In this document: positions 7,619 through 18,435 of the stretch, piece by piece
Layout: each line of letters starts with the position of its first letter
Position numbering within the stretch: position 1 is the stretch's first letter
Source: Desulfobacterales bacterium
Lineage (GTDB): Bacteria; Desulfobacterota; Desulfobacteria; Desulfobacterales; SURF-7
DNA: 64,000 nt
Direction of reading: 5' to 3'
Assembly: GCA_018693105.1 (NCBI GenBank)
Contig: JABHLN010000001.1
Span: forward strand, 4,750 to 68,749
Position numbers and translations under genes: made by a program
Notes under the pieces: model-generated
Told to the model about the DNA's origin: nothing
The model's input: only the letters and a program-made list of their open reading frames with translations
The model's database searches: none

Positions 7619-9364
7619 CTACTCCTGGGTTACCCTAAGTACCTCAGCTATGCTTGTGACTCCATCAAGAACTTTTTGTATTCCGTCATGACGGAGACTA
7701 ACCATGTTATTTTTTAATGCAATGCTTTTTATCTGGTTTGAATCATGCGTCTTTAATATCATCTTTTTCAGATTTTCATCCGGAATCATTATTTCAAAAA
7801 TACTTTTCCGCCCCCTGTAACCTGTGTTAAAACAATCAGGACATCCTTTCGCACGATATATAACCTTGTCTTTAAAAACTTCAGCACCAACTCCAATGCT
7901 TTCCATGGCCTCATCATCAGGTTCATAGGGCATACGACATTCAGTGCAAAGAACTCTTATAAGCCTCTGGGCAACAACTGCTGCAATTGAAGAGGAAAGA
8001 AGAAAAGGTTCAACCCCGATATCAACTAAACGAGTAATAGCACTGGCAGAGTCATTTGTATGAACTGTAGAAAAAACAAGATGTCCTGTAAGTGCAGCCT
8101 GAACTGCTATCCCTGCAGTTTCTTTATCCCTTATTTCACCTACCAGTATAACATCAGGGTCCTGCCTTACTGTAGATCTCAAACCACTGGCAAAGGTAAG
8201 CCCTATTTTGGGGTTAACCTGAACCTGACCAATGCCTTTAAGCTGGTATTCAATCGGGTCTTCAATTGTTATAATATTAATTTCCGGTGTATTGATTGAA
8301 GAAAGGGCTGCATAAAGAGTGGTCGTTTTACCGCTTCCTGTGGGGCCGGTAACAAGAATAATGCCATTTGGAGATTTTATAAGTCTTTTTATTGTTTCCA
8401 GGTTTTCAGAATTGAGTCCCAGCTCGGAAAGACTGAGAAGAGAAGTGGATTTATTAAGAAGCCTTAAAACAACACGCTCTCCAAATGAAGTAGGGATTGT
8501 CGAAACCCTTATATCAATATCCTGGTCGCCCCTTTTTACTTCTATTCGTCCATCCTGGGGAAGGCGTTTTTCTGCAATATTCAGTCTTGCCATTACTTTT
8601 ATCCTGGAGATCAATGCCGGCTGAACATGCTTTGGAGGAGATAGAAGATCGTAAAGTATACCATCAACCCGATAACGGACCTTGAAACTATTCTGGTAGG
8701 GTTCTATATGAATATCACTGGCACGGGCTTTTATAGACTGAGAAATTATATGATTAACGAGTTTTATTAAAGGAGCATCACTGGTATCATCCAGAAGATC
8801 GGCCGTCTGTTCAATTTCACTTATTATGGAGCTTCCATTATCTTCCATATCCTGCACAAGCTGTTCTGCAGACCCGCTTCTGTGATCATATGCGGTATTA
8901 ATAGCTGAAAGTATAGACTCTTTGGAAGATAAAACAACTTTATATTTCCTGATGCCAAGTATCCTGACCAGATCATCTAAAGCATGAAAACAGGCAGGGT
9001 TATTTATCGCAAAAACAATATCGGATATCTGTTTCTGGTTCTCACCATCATCCTGTTTTTCAGAAGGTTCATGATCCGGATCAATATTTGCCATAGGAAT
9101 CATGAAGTATTTTTTAAGGAACTGAATAGGCATATTTTCAGTCAGCTCCGTTCGGGCATTCTCCAATGAAAGAACCGGTTGGAATGGTATATTGTATTTT
9201 ATGCTTAATGATTCGAGAAGCTGGGATTCAGTGATGACACCGTTCTCAACAAGTATATCACCTGTGCTCCCCCCCTGCTTGCTTTGAAGTAGCTTAGCAT
9301 CCCTGTAATCTTCTTCGGAAACACCAAGACACTCATTAAGTATATCAAAAAGGTTTTTTTCCAT
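7619..9364 (-). CDS. gspE: Type II secretion ATPase GspE
   Basis: 581 aa. Has an N-terminal T2SSE_N-like domain, Walker A GPTGSGKTT, Asp/His boxes and a tetracysteine motif (CTEC...CPDC). Confidence 0.9.
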   Translation of the reverse strand: MEKNLFDILNECLGVSEEDYRDAKLLQSKQGGSTGDILVENGVITESQLLESLSIKYNIPFQPVLSLENARTELTENMPIQFLKKYFMIPMANIDPDHEPSEKQDDGENQKQISDIVFAINNPACFHALDDLVRILGIRKYKVVLSSKESILSAINTAYDHRSGSAEQLVQDMEDNGSSIISEIEQTADLLDDTSDAPLIKLVNHIISQSIKARASDIHIEPYQNSFKVRYRVDGILYDLLSPPKHVQPALISRIKVMARLNIAEKRLPQDGRIEVKRGDQDIDIRVSTIPTSFGERVVLRLLNKSTSLLSLSELGLNSENLETIKRLIKSPNGIILVTGPTGSGKTTTLYAALSSINTPEINIITIEDPIEYQLKGIGQVQVNPKIGLTFASGLRSTVRQDPDVILVGEIRDKETAGIAVQAALTGHLVFSTVHTNDSASAITRLVDIGVEPFLLSSSIAAVVAQRLIRVLCTECRMPYEPDDEAMESIGVGAEVFKDKVIYRAKGCPDCFNTGYRGRKSIFEIMIPDENLKKMILKTHDSNQIKSIALKNNMVSLRHDGIQKVLDGVTSIAEVLRVTQE

Positions 9365-9492
9365 TTATATAATTTTGACTGATTTATTGTGCAGCTATTA
9401 ATAACATAATAAGATATAAGAAACTTCAAACACACTTTAATTTGTCCAATAATTTAACCGGATTTAAAAAGGACTGCAATCCCGGTTCTTAA

Positions 9493-11472
9493 TTATTTTT
9501 CATTTCCTTCATACATCTTGATATTTCCTTCCTTTATCCTGTCAATCTTATCCTTCTTCTCGGTATATATCTGCTTGATATCTTCTTTATCGGATATAAC
9601 ACGAGGCGTCAGGAATACATAAAGATTTGTTCTTTCCCTTGATTTACCGACGGATTTAAAAAGCAGGCCGACACCCGGAAGGTCTCCAAAGCAGGGGACT
9701 TTGTATTGTGTATCGGAAATCATATCATCGATAAGCCCTCCTATAACAACGGTATTATTATCCTGAACAATAACCGTAGTATCCACTGTACGTTTTAATG
9801 TGGTAGGCTGTGTTGGAAGGCTTGTCGTCATCGCACTTAAATCCAGCCGTTCCACAACCTGGATTATCTTAAGGCGGACCAGTTTGTCCTTGTTTATCTG
9901 GGGAGTAATCTTCAATGACAGCCCCACATCCTTGTATTCAAAATTCTGGTAATCACTTGTTGAGGTTGATTCCGTTTTTGTCATGTATGGTATGTTTCTT
10001 CCCACTGTAATGGTCGCTTCTTCATTATCGGTAGTTAAAATCTGCGGAGTTGAAAGTATATGAACATCCTTGTCTTTCTGATATGCCTGTATTACGGCAC
10101 CAAGGCTTGGGAAACTTACATCACCGATTTTAAGTACCTCTCCAAAAATTCCAAGTGAAAACCCAAGGGGTAATATACTAGCATTTGCACTGTTTACTCC
10201 TGAAATACCGGCGAGGTTACCGGTTCCTGCGTTAAAGCCGCCACCGGCTGCACCGTCTGTTCCATTATGACTTACCTTTGAGCCTGAGACCCATTCAGCA
10301 CCAAGATTTAAACCCTTGTCTACATTCACCTCCATGATAAGGCATTCGATATAAACCATTGACCTTGGAATATCCAGCTTCTTTATTATTTCTTCAAGAA
10401 CAAGATAATCTTCCTTTTCAGCCATGATAATAAGACTGTTTGTGGACTTATCTGCGGTAATTTTAACCGATCCCGATACAATTGGGGCCTTTTTTCCTTT
10501 TTCAGATGCTCCCGGTTTTGAAGAAAGAGATTGAAGTACTTTTGCAAGATCTTCGGCGGTAGCATTTTCCAGGTAGTAAACATGAATCTTTTCCTTTCCC
10601 CTGGGCACCGCTTTGTCCAGTATTCTAATAAGCCGTTTTACTCTTTCGGTATCGGATTGATTTGCAAGAACAATTATAGTATTTGTCCTTTCATCAGAAA
10701 CAAACCTGGCCGTATCAATCCTTGACTTGGCCTTGCTTTTACCGGATGACTTAAAAATCGACTCGAGGGTTCTCAAAAACTTTTTCGAATCTGCAAATTC
10801 TAGGGGAATTATCGAAATTTCGTTACCAATGCCGGTAACATCAATATTTTTTATAATTTTTATTAGTCGTTTAATATTTGAATACATATCTGTTACGATA
10901 AGAGTATTTGTCGGCGAATAAGCAAGCATAACACTGTTTTTTGAAATTAATGGCGAAAGAAGACGCTTTATTTCGTCAGGGTTGGCATAGTTCAGTCTAA
11001 TTATCTGTGTAACGACTTTATCTTCTGCAGATGACGCTTCACGTTTCAATAAAGTTTCAACATTCATCGTCTTCGCGCTGGGCGAGGAAACAATTTTAAT
11101 AACCTCACCAGCCTTAACAGTAGCAAACCCGTGAACATCAAGAACAGACTCAAAAACCTTGTAAGCCTCCTTCACAGAAATCTTTGAAGGAGATATTATT
11201 GTCACCTTCCCCTTTACACGATGATCCACAATAAAATTTTTACCTGTAAGCTCACTTATAAACTTAATAAAGACCTTTATATCCACATCGTTGAAATCAA
11301 TAGAAACGAATTGCTCTGCTCTTGAATTGTTCTTTACCTGGTTTGTACTTTCCAATAATGACTTTTCATTACCCGGGCTTTGAACAGGTTTAGCATCCAC
11401 AATGTCGAACCGTGGAAAAAGAAAGATTAATATCAATATAGAAATAATAACTTGTAGTTTTATTATCCTCAT
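9493..11472 (-). CDS. gspD: Type II secretion secretin GspD
   Basis: 659 aa with a signal peptide, repeated N-domains and a C-terminal secretin domain (VVIGGLIDD...VPCFGDLPGVGLLFK). Confidence 0.9.
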   Translation of the reverse strand: MRIIKLQVIISILILIFLFPRFDIVDAKPVQSPGNEKSLLESTNQVKNNSRAEQFVSIDFNDVDIKVFIKFISELTGKNFIVDHRVKGKVTIISPSKISVKEAYKVFESVLDVHGFATVKAGEVIKIVSSPSAKTMNVETLLKREASSAEDKVVTQIIRLNYANPDEIKRLLSPLISKNSVMLAYSPTNTLIVTDMYSNIKRLIKIIKNIDVTGIGNEISIIPLEFADSKKFLRTLESIFKSSGKSKAKSRIDTARFVSDERTNTIIVLANQSDTERVKRLIRILDKAVPRGKEKIHVYYLENATAEDLAKVLQSLSSKPGASEKGKKAPIVSGSVKITADKSTNSLIIMAEKEDYLVLEEIIKKLDIPRSMVYIECLIMEVNVDKGLNLGAEWVSGSKVSHNGTDGAAGGGFNAGTGNLAGISGVNSANASILPLGFSLGIFGEVLKIGDVSFPSLGAVIQAYQKDKDVHILSTPQILTTDNEEATITVGRNIPYMTKTESTSTSDYQNFEYKDVGLSLKITPQINKDKLVRLKIIQVVERLDLSAMTTSLPTQPTTLKRTVDTTVIVQDNNTVVIGGLIDDMISDTQYKVPCFGDLPGVGLLFKSVGKSRERTNLYVFLTPRVISDKEDIKQIYTEKKDKIDRIKEGNIKMYEGNEK

Positions 11473-11512
11473 TTTTTTATCCTGTGATTTTTTTTATCCT
11501 GTGATTCTATGA

Positions 11513-12385
11513 TTATTTTATATTATATTCCATGTTTTTAACCCGGCCTCTTCGCTTTATCTGTATTTCCACTTTAGAAGCCGTCTGTAAATTCTGATAA
11601 AACTTTAAAGCATCTTCAACAGATTCAATATCCTGACCGTCAACACCTATGATGATATCCCCGGTGCTTAATCCCATTTCGCTATAAAAAGACTTAGGCC
11701 TGACCCGTCCGAGTATAAGACCGTCAGGCTTGCCGTTTTTAAAATGCGGCTGTATCGAAACCTGCTTCATCAATTCATTGATATTTCCAAGTGCATTGTC
11801 AATCTTCGAACGATTTATACTGATACGCTGAGTTCTTGTTGTAGCGGAAGAAAAACCTTTTCCTAAATATGATCTTTTTTCACTTTTTCCACTTGTTACT
11901 CTTTTATTCCTGCCAATGTTCTTGTCACTCATCTGGAGTACTTCATCCCTGCCGTCGACACTCAGGACGACCTTTTCTCGCAGAATTATCTTAACTCTGG
12001 CATTCTGTATAGTATCACCAATTCTGTAGAGAGCCTGCTTCCTGGTCTTAGTCTCCTCAATAACAGCATATGACCCACCATTTTCCCCTGAAACAGTACC
12101 CCATAGTTTAAGGTTCAACTTGGTCTGTTTTAGTGCTTTAAGGTCAATTATATCAGCCTTTCCTCTTTCAGTACTTATATTAAAGATATTTCGTTCAATT
12201 ATTTTCCCGTATTCTGAAAATGGCTTATTAACAGCAATTATGGAAGCCGAAGCCTCATTACCAGATATCTTGTCGAGCAAAACGTTGTCACCTTTTGATG
12301 ATATTGTCAGATATAAACCGTTTACAGCAAAAAAAACGGCAACGGTTATCAATATCAGGTTTACTATGGCAAAAGAAATTTTCAT
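11513..12385 (-). CDS. gspC: Type II secretion protein GspC (TM + HR + C-terminal PDZ)
   Basis: 290 aa with an N-terminal TM and a C-terminal PDZ-like segment (GLILGRVRPKSFYSEMGLSTGDIIIGVDGQDI). Lies immediately upstream of gspD. Confidence 0.7.
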   Translation of the reverse strand: MKISFAIVNLILITVAVFFAVNGLYLTISSKGDNVLLDKISGNEASASIIAVNKPFSEYGKIIERNIFNISTERGKADIIDLKALKQTKLNLKLWGTVSGENGGSYAVIEETKTRKQALYRIGDTIQNARVKIILREKVVLSVDGRDEVLQMSDKNIGRNKRVTSGKSEKRSYLGKGFSSATTRTQRISINRSKIDNALGNINELMKQVSIQPHFKNGKPDGLILGRVRPKSFYSEMGLSTGDIIIGVDGQDIESVEDALKFYQNLQTASKVEIQIKRRGRVKNMEYNIK

Positions 12386-12427
12386 AGAGTATTATTAATT
12401 AAATCATAAAAAAAGTATGTGAGCAGC

Positions 12428-12460
12428 TTAGTGAAAAGTCTCCATTTACTGCGTTATATT
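12428..12460 (+). repeat. Fragment of family A element (5' module)
   Basis: TTAGTGAAAAGTCTCCATTTACTGCGTTATA matches the first module of family A. Lies between gspC and the gspN stop. Confidence 0.5.
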
Positions 12461-12470
12461 GTTTGTTAGT

Positions 12471-13349
12471 CTAATTCAAGGAAAAACCAGGTTTATCAAA
12501 AGTTCCGTATATCCTGAAAGGTATTGATTTTTCACCGGATTTACCTTTAAGGAAAATCCCCAAAGGTACCCCCATTCCAACGTTGGAAAGAAAAGAGCCC
12601 TCTGGCCCTATTGTCCCGTTTATATCCAATATACTCATGCTGGCAGGGTCATTTACTATAACAGAGCCGGTAATAGTCCCGTTTACCTGTGGTCCATTGA
12701 GATCACATTTTTCGATTTCCAGCCTCCGGTTACTGAATGATAATTCTCCCTTAATGTAATCAAAAATCAATCCATCTTCCAACTTAAAAAAATCAGGAGC
12801 AAATTCCACTCTGCATCCGGTTAAATTAAAGAAAGAGTTCAATGTATCCCCGGATTTACTTTCATTTTTGTATAAAACTTTTCCGTCAACACTTCCTGTA
12901 ATATGAAAACCTGAAAAATTTTGAACTGCAGGTATTTCATCTATCAGGATATCTTTAAAGTCAGCATCGATATTTACCACTCCTCCTGAAGTATCTCCTG
13001 AAACAAAACCATTACCTTTCACAACACCGCCAAAAGCCTTGGATTTAAAATAGAATTTTTTCTTTTTCTTAGCCATAGAAAAAAGCCCCGGAACAATCTT
13101 TATCTCTTCAGATTTAAATAAAAGATCATTCTTATCATAAAGGCTGACATCAATCAGTTTTAGTCCGGGAGGAAAAGAAGGTTTAATATTATTAATTATA
13201 ATACTTAAATCAGGGTTTGCCTTATTCAGGTTTACCTTTATATAACTTGCCACCTTTTCTGAAGGGAAGAGGTAATAAGCAAAGACAAGTGTAATAAAAA
13301 ATATAAATAAAGGGTATCCAATCAATTTTAAGTTTTTATTCATAATCAT
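12471..13349 (-). CDS. gspN: Putative type II secretion protein GspN
   Basis: 292 aa with a single N-terminal TM. Positioned between gspM and gspC as in G-to-N gene orders. The assignment is mostly positional. Confidence 0.5.
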   Translation of the reverse strand: MIMNKNLKLIGYPLFIFFITLVFAYYLFPSEKVASYIKVNLNKANPDLSIIINNIKPSFPPGLKLIDVSLYDKNDLLFKSEEIKIVPGLFSMAKKKKKFYFKSKAFGGVVKGNGFVSGDTSGGVVNIDADFKDILIDEIPAVQNFSGFHITGSVDGKVLYKNESKSGDTLNSFFNLTGCRVEFAPDFFKLEDGLIFDYIKGELSFSNRRLEIEKCDLNGPQVNGTITGSVIVNDPASMSILDINGTIGPEGSFLSNVGMGVPLGIFLKGKSGEKSIPFRIYGTFDKPGFSLN

Positions 13350-13384
13350 AACATTAATAATCAGCTAGTTCCGAGTTCAATTAT

Positions 13385-13536
13385 TTATGAACGTGTATAA
13401 AGTAAAACCGATGGCTAAGTAGAAATCTTCATATACAAGGCATAGCTGTTAATCAGGAGTGAAAGCATACATGAGTATGTTGAATTTCTGATTAACAGCT
13501 ATAAAACAATAGGTGGAGAGTTTCTACGACGCCATT
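13385..13536 (-). mobile_element. MITE-like element, family A, full (diverged) copy
   Basis: Reverse orientation. Flanked by the 6-bp duplication AATTAT (13379-13384 and 13537-13542). The gspM stop codon lies inside the right-hand duplication. Confidence 0.75.
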
Positions 13537-13538
13537 AA

Positions 13539-14069
13539 TTATAGTATCATTACGGTTTCTACCTGTAAAACCGCATCAACAGTTCTTTTTAATTCCCCTT
13601 TCCTATATATGGAAAGCCTTTTTATATACACCATCTTCTTTGAGGTTTCTATTTTGTACAGACATGAAACCAGTTGTTCCATATTTATCCCCTCAAGCTT
13701 CATCTCAACAGATGATATCTTGTACTGACCGTCTTTGTTCCCTGAGGTAGAAGGCTTCATATATGTAATCCGGTCTTTAACCCCGGCTTCGCCGGCAAGT
13801 TTATCAAGAAAGGAAAAAAGCCTGAACCCGCTACCTCTTGAAGCAAAATCAAGCCTGGATATATCTGCTTTTTTTTGTATTACCTGATACTCGGATTTCA
13901 TGGCAAGCATCTGCTCAATATCTTTTGTCTTTATTTTTATTGTCCTTCGAAGCATCTTCTTTTTGTCAAGATAAGGTGAAACTATAAAGCTGCTAAAAAC
14001 AAATAAAAATATCACAGCTATTGCCGTGTATAAAGAATATCTCTCTCGTTTACTCAGGTTCAGGGCCAT
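13539..14069 (-). CDS. gspM: Type II secretion protein GspM (PilO-like)
   Basis: 176 aa bitopic protein with an N-terminal TM (YTAIAVIFLFVFSSFIV). Lies directly downstream of gspL. Confidence 0.55.
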   Translation of the reverse strand: MALNLSKRERYSLYTAIAVIFLFVFSSFIVSPYLDKKKMLRRTIKIKTKDIEQMLAMKSEYQVIQKKADISRLDFASRGSGFRLFSFLDKLAGEAGVKDRITYMKPSTSGNKDGQYKISSVEMKLEGINMEQLVSCLYKIETSKKMVYIKRLSIYRKGELKRTVDAVLQVETVMIL

Positions 14070-14176
14070 TTTTATTACCCGCCATAAATTAACCGGAAAA
14101 AGTTTTTTGGTTAATTAATTATTTTATACTTTTTGCCTACACTACCAACTATCCCTACAAATCTATTAACTATAAA

Positions 14177-15637
14177 CTACAATAGTATATTAAACTGAAA
14201 CCTTACACGATTTCCCGATCTATCAGTATTGGCAGAACTTATAACAACACTTCTAAATAACACTATTTTTTCTAGTCGGCCTTTAATATCATCAACAGAA
14301 TTAAACGTGTCTGTATTTCCGGTTACAAGAACGGAATCAGTACCAATCACCAGCCGTGTAAATTCCACATCAATGTTTTTTTCTATAACCCTGCTGATTT
14401 CATCAAGTATGTCAATTGAACGTATATTTCCCCCCGTATCCTCGGGTATCATCTGCATTTTCCGGGTTTCACCGATTTTCACCTTCATCTGCTGAACAGG
14501 GTCGACAATCCTTTTGACATCCGGAAATGTTGATGTAAAAATCTCCCTTATCTGTATCTCCATAGTCTTTATACTTTTATTCATAAGGTAATAATCAAGA
14601 AATGAATTAAATGACATGAATAAAAGGACAGCTATCAATAATATACCTGTTACAATAAAGTTATTTCTATATTTCAACCATAGACTGCCTGCTGCAAATG
14701 AACCCCTTCTGAAATTCAGACAATCAATTCCTTCAATTTCAATTGCTGCAAGAGCAAGAGCATTATCAAAGCATCCGGATTTCATTATATCGCCGGAATA
14801 ATTATCTACATAGATATCAGTATTCTGAATAAGGTTTAAATTGTTCACAGGCATACCCAGATAGTCTGCCATGGCTTCCCCGCGACCGTCAGCAATAGAA
14901 CCGCTACCGGTTATTAAAACCTTTTCCGGCAGGCTTTCTTCTCCAATAATATCTTCTGCTGCAGATAATGTATGACCAATCATTTTGCATAGCGAATAAA
15001 TACCGGTTGATTCTACATGAGCATGTAAAAAAGAACGTGCAAGGCATATTCCACGAGGATTTATTACAAAAAGAGATGAAAAATCAGTGCCTATATCAAC
15101 AAGAAGGCAGTTCATGGCCATGTCTGATAACCCGTACATGTATAGAGCGGTGGGATAACCGCCGGCAGTAATAATTTCCGTGGAGAGATTATGTTTATTA
15201 AAACAATCAAGAAAAGAACCCAACATATCCTTTTCAACTGCGACTGCTATGAGATCAGTATGACCTGAATTTTTATGTAGATTTGAAGGTTTTAATATCT
15301 GGGAATCAAATATCAGGTTTTCCACAGGCATCGAAAGGTTAGATTCCATCTCATATGGAAGAAGTTGTCTTATTTTTTTAGGTCCTAGTGGCGGAACACT
15401 AAGATTTCTGAATGATATTCTTTCGGGGGGAAGTGAAGCAATACAATCAGAGCCGGTAATATCAACATTCTCTCCCATTTTGTTTAGCAGGGCATCAATA
15501 CTATCCTTGACATTGTTATTATCCTCAACAGGGACAAAATCGAAATATTCTACCCACTTTCCCTTCAGGGTACTTTTAACCAGAACTGCCGATACAGAAT
15601 CGTGCTTAATATCAAGTCCAAGTGTTTTTCTGCTCAT
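14177..15637 (-). CDS. gspL: Type II secretion protein GspL (actin-like cytoplasmic domain + TM + periplasmic domain)
   Basis: 486 aa. N-terminus LGLDIKHDSVSAVLVK is PilM/GspL-like, with a mid-protein TM (IVTGILLIAVLLFMSF). Confidence 0.65.
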   Translation of the reverse strand: MSRKTLGLDIKHDSVSAVLVKSTLKGKWVEYFDFVPVEDNNNVKDSIDALLNKMGENVDITGSDCIASLPPERISFRNLSVPPLGPKKIRQLLPYEMESNLSMPVENLIFDSQILKPSNLHKNSGHTDLIAVAVEKDMLGSFLDCFNKHNLSTEIITAGGYPTALYMYGLSDMAMNCLLVDIGTDFSSLFVINPRGICLARSFLHAHVESTGIYSLCKMIGHTLSAAEDIIGEESLPEKVLITGSGSIADGRGEAMADYLGMPVNNLNLIQNTDIYVDNYSGDIMKSGCFDNALALAAIEIEGIDCLNFRRGSFAAGSLWLKYRNNFIVTGILLIAVLLFMSFNSFLDYYLMNKSIKTMEIQIREIFTSTFPDVKRIVDPVQQMKVKIGETRKMQMIPEDTGGNIRSIDILDEISRVIEKNIDVEFTRLVIGTDSVLVTGNTDTFNSVDDIKGRLEKIVLFRSVVISSANTDRSGNRVRFQFNILL

Positions 15638-15702
15638 AATATTCCGGAAATTAATAAGTTAAATAAAACGTGAAAAAATTCTCAAAGGTCTTATAATATA
15701 AA

Positions 15703-16797
15703 TTATTCCTGTTTCCAACTTAATACCCTGCACTTCCATTTCCCGCCATTTTTGTCAACCTTATTTTGTACACGCTGAACAATTGCAACGGTCTTCATTT
15801 TCATGTTATTCAACACGGCAGATGACTCAATTCGGAAAAAATCACTTTCCGTCGTTATCAGTTTCGAATCTATCTCAGTATCACTACATCCCGGAGCATC
15901 CCTATACCACGAAATATTATCAAGGTTGTGAACAAATTTAGAATCGGAAGTTTCCTGCCGGTAGTTTACAATATCCACAGCGAGATCTTCCTGGCCGGTT
16001 GGAAGAAGTGCTGCTATCACTGGAAGTCCCGCTGTATTTATATTAATTTTCCCTTTAAAGGCAAAACCTCTTCCATCCACCTTTTTCACATACTTCGTCA
16101 TGCCGTATACTGTAAGGAATTTTGAAATGCCGAAACTGCCGCCGGCAAGATAAAAAAGTTCGCTTGTTATACCCTTTATGCGCAATAGTTCGTCAATATG
16201 TGCTACCGGACCGTTTCTGCACAAATATGGGGAATCAAGACTTTCATAATAGCTCGACTCAGCCCCGTTAAGCCCTGTAATGGCATCGTCATCATTTGAA
16301 TCCAGCCAGTCCTTTACACTGTTTATAATATCAATTGTTGCATTCAGTTCAGCGGCCTCATCTATGGAAACAATTGGTCGTAAGAGTTTGTCCCAAAGTT
16401 TTTTTTGTGAAACATTGAATTTCTTACCTTCAGGAAAGTCCACCAAAGCATTAACCTGTATTTTTGATAATTCATCAGTTATTTTTAATGTGATGTTCCC
16501 ATTCTCAAAACCATAATCTTCCAGAATTTCTTTGATTTTTTCAGTGTTTGCCCAGTCTTCCTGCAGCGAATCAGATTTTGTTTCTTTTTTATCATTAATA
16601 AGTACACCCATACCGATAGCAATACCGGATGATGCCATCTGCATCAGTGTAATTCGATCCCTTGATGCTGTAGAAGAAATAACCGCAGAACGAACCCTCC
16701 TGTTAAGTTCAAAAACTATAACTATCAGGAGAGATATAAGTGACAAGGTCACAAGCAGGGCAACTCCACGCTCATTTTTTATTTTTTTTACAAGCAT
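15703..16797 (-). CDS. gspK: Type II secretion minor pseudopilin GspK
   Basis: 364 aa. N-terminus RGVALLVTLSLISLLIVIV lacks Glu5, as is typical of GspK, and the protein has a large globular domain. Confidence 0.7.
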   Translation of the reverse strand: MLVKKIKNERGVALLVTLSLISLLIVIVFELNRRVRSAVISSTASRDRITLMQMASSGIAIGMGVLINDKKETKSDSLQEDWANTEKIKEILEDYGFENGNITLKITDELSKIQVNALVDFPEGKKFNVSQKKLWDKLLRPIVSIDEAAELNATIDIINSVKDWLDSNDDDAITGLNGAESSYYESLDSPYLCRNGPVAHIDELLRIKGITSELFYLAGGSFGISKFLTVYGMTKYVKKVDGRGFAFKGKININTAGLPVIAALLPTGQEDLAVDIVNYRQETSDSKFVHNLDNISWYRDAPGCSDTEIDSKLITTESDFFRIESSAVLNNMKMKTVAIVQRVQNKVDKNGGKWKCRVLSWKQE

Positions 16798-16840
16798 AAG
16801 ATCTTTTTTAAATGATGTCCTTTAATGACTGTTGCATAAT

Positions 16841-16870
16841 TCATCAGTTATACTTTTTACGAGTTCATCA
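16841..16870 (+). repeat. Fragment of family A element (3' module)
   Basis: TCATCAGTTATACTTTTTACGAGTTCATCA. The gspJ stop codon (16868-16870) lies in its last bases. Confidence 0.55.
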
Positions 16871-17545
16871 AGTTTTCTTCCTGAAAACCTTAAGTGCAAC
16901 CTTTGTCTCAAAATGAAAAGAACCGTAATCATCACCGATTTCAAGTTTTATTCCTATTGCTTGAGGAGTAGAGTATCCATGCTCATCTGAATCGGAATCC
17001 CAGGCATCATATACTTCTCCTTCATCATCAAAATATCTGAATACCAATGATTTAACATTTTCGCACAGGACAGGGTCACTATCCTTAGGTTCAAACAATT
17101 TGGACAGCTGAAGGTTGTCTGATCTCTTCAACACGTAATCTCCATCGTCAGGTTCATGAATGTAATAGATTATTTCAGCTATACCTTTGTCGCTTTTATT
17201 TTCAAAAGAAATATGTTCATGGGAAGTAAACCGTAATTTTGAAAAACCTGCATCCCCATCAAATCGGGTTTCACCTTCAATACGGAATGGGTCAGAATCG
17301 CTGTTAAACGCCGGTATGACATATGCAGGAGGCATAGAAACATATATTGACTGCAGATCGTTTACTATTATTTTCATGCAGTCCTTTGCAGTCTCATATG
17401 ATGAAATACCCCTGTCTACTGCTTCGGTTGTAGTAGAGACCGCATTAAAAGAACTGAACAGGGCCGTCATAATGATGCCGAAAACAAAAATTGCGACCAG
17501 TATTTCCAGTAAAGTAAAGCCGTATGAAATCTTCCTGTTATCCAT
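16868..17545 (-). CDS. gspJ: Type II secretion minor pseudopilin GspJ
   Basis: Prepilin motif YG/FTLLEILVAIFVFG. I prefer the start at 17545 (MDNRKISYG...), which gives a short leader. The ORF track extends to 17605. Confidence 0.7.
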   Translation of the reverse strand: MDNRKISYGFTLLEILVAIFVFGIIMTALFSSFNAVSTTTEAVDRGISSYETAKDCMKIIVNDLQSIYVSMPPAYVIPAFNSDSDPFRIEGETRFDGDAGFSKLRFTSHEHISFENKSDKGIAEIIYYIHEPDDGDYVLKRSDNLQLSKLFEPKDSDPVLCENVKSLVFRYFDDEGEVYDAWDSDSDEHGYSTPQAIGIKLEIGDDYGSFHFETKVALKVFRKKT

Positions 17546-17552
17546 ATTTTTT

Positions 17553-17942
17553 TTAATATATAAGTTTGTAACTCCTGAGATTGTATGATTCTCTTTCATC
17601 ATCACAGGTTATTTTAACATCAATTTTTTTTAAATCCTGTGCGATATTTCCGAGGAGTTCGGACTCTACTTCTTCTATCAATACTTCCCATAAATACCCT
17701 GGAAAATCATCACCAAAATCACCTGAAGATTCAGGCATATCAGCTTGAGGCTTTGTTTCAATATCAGCCATTAACTTTTGGGCAAGTAGAGGAGCGACTA
17801 TATAAAACCTTGAAGCTTTACTGGCCACTATTGTCTGAGCCTGCATTCTAAAGACAGCAACAAATACGATTGCGATTATTGAAATAGAGGCGAGCACTTC
17901 AAGAAGTGAAAACCCTTCATCTTTCAAATTCAACATACTCAT
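17553..17942 (-). CDS. gspI: Type II secretion minor pseudopilin GspI
   Basis: 129 aa with prepilin motif EG/FSLLEVLASISIIAIV. Confidence 0.7.
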   Translation of the reverse strand: MSMLNLKDEGFSLLEVLASISIIAIVFVAVFRMQAQTIVASKASRFYIVAPLLAQKLMADIETKPQADMPESSGDFGDDFPGYLWEVLIEEVESELLGNIAQDLKKIDVKITCDDERESYNLRSYKLIY

Positions 17943-18423
17943 TTTTAAACCTGACTTGAGACAAAAAGGGTTCTATAAAAAAGGTATACTGATTATCTTT
18001 ATCATCAATATGAATAAGCGCCTTGTCAGAATACCCTTTCGCATAGAAGCATATTTTAGTATTTCCGTATTCTATTTTCCCCTGTCCGGGGAATTCAACA
18101 TCCCTGATTCCAATACCTTCGGGTAATTTGTAGCTGTTTTGTACAGCTTTATTTACCTCGGCTTCTGTCATTTTTTCATGTGTAATCCATAGGCTGTTTG
18201 TGTCTACTCCTATATGCAGAGCGTACTGTCTCTGCTCAATAAATGCTTTTTCTTTCAAGGACCTTGACTTCAAGATCACCCAGCGTGAAACCCTGTTTGT
18301 ATTATCAGTAAAAACCGTCCCCTGAAACCTGGGTATTGAAAAGAAAAGCATTATTGAGACAAGCATGATCACAACAATGAGTTCAATAAGAGTGAATCCA
18401 TTGCTCTTAGTTGAGATAGACAT
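17917..18423 (-). CDS. gspH: Type II secretion minor pseudopilin GspH
   Basis: 168 aa with prepilin motif NG/FTLIELIVVIMLVS. Confidence 0.7.
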   Translation of the reverse strand: MSISTKSNGFTLIELIVVIMLVSIMLFFSIPRFQGTVFTDNTNRVSRWVILKSRSLKEKAFIEQRQYALHIGVDTNSLWITHEKMTEAEVNKAVQNSYKLPEGIGIRDVEFPGQGKIEYGNTKICFYAKGYSDKALIHIDDKDNQYTFFIEPFLSQVRFKNEYVEFER

Positions 18424-18435
18424 ATGATGGATATA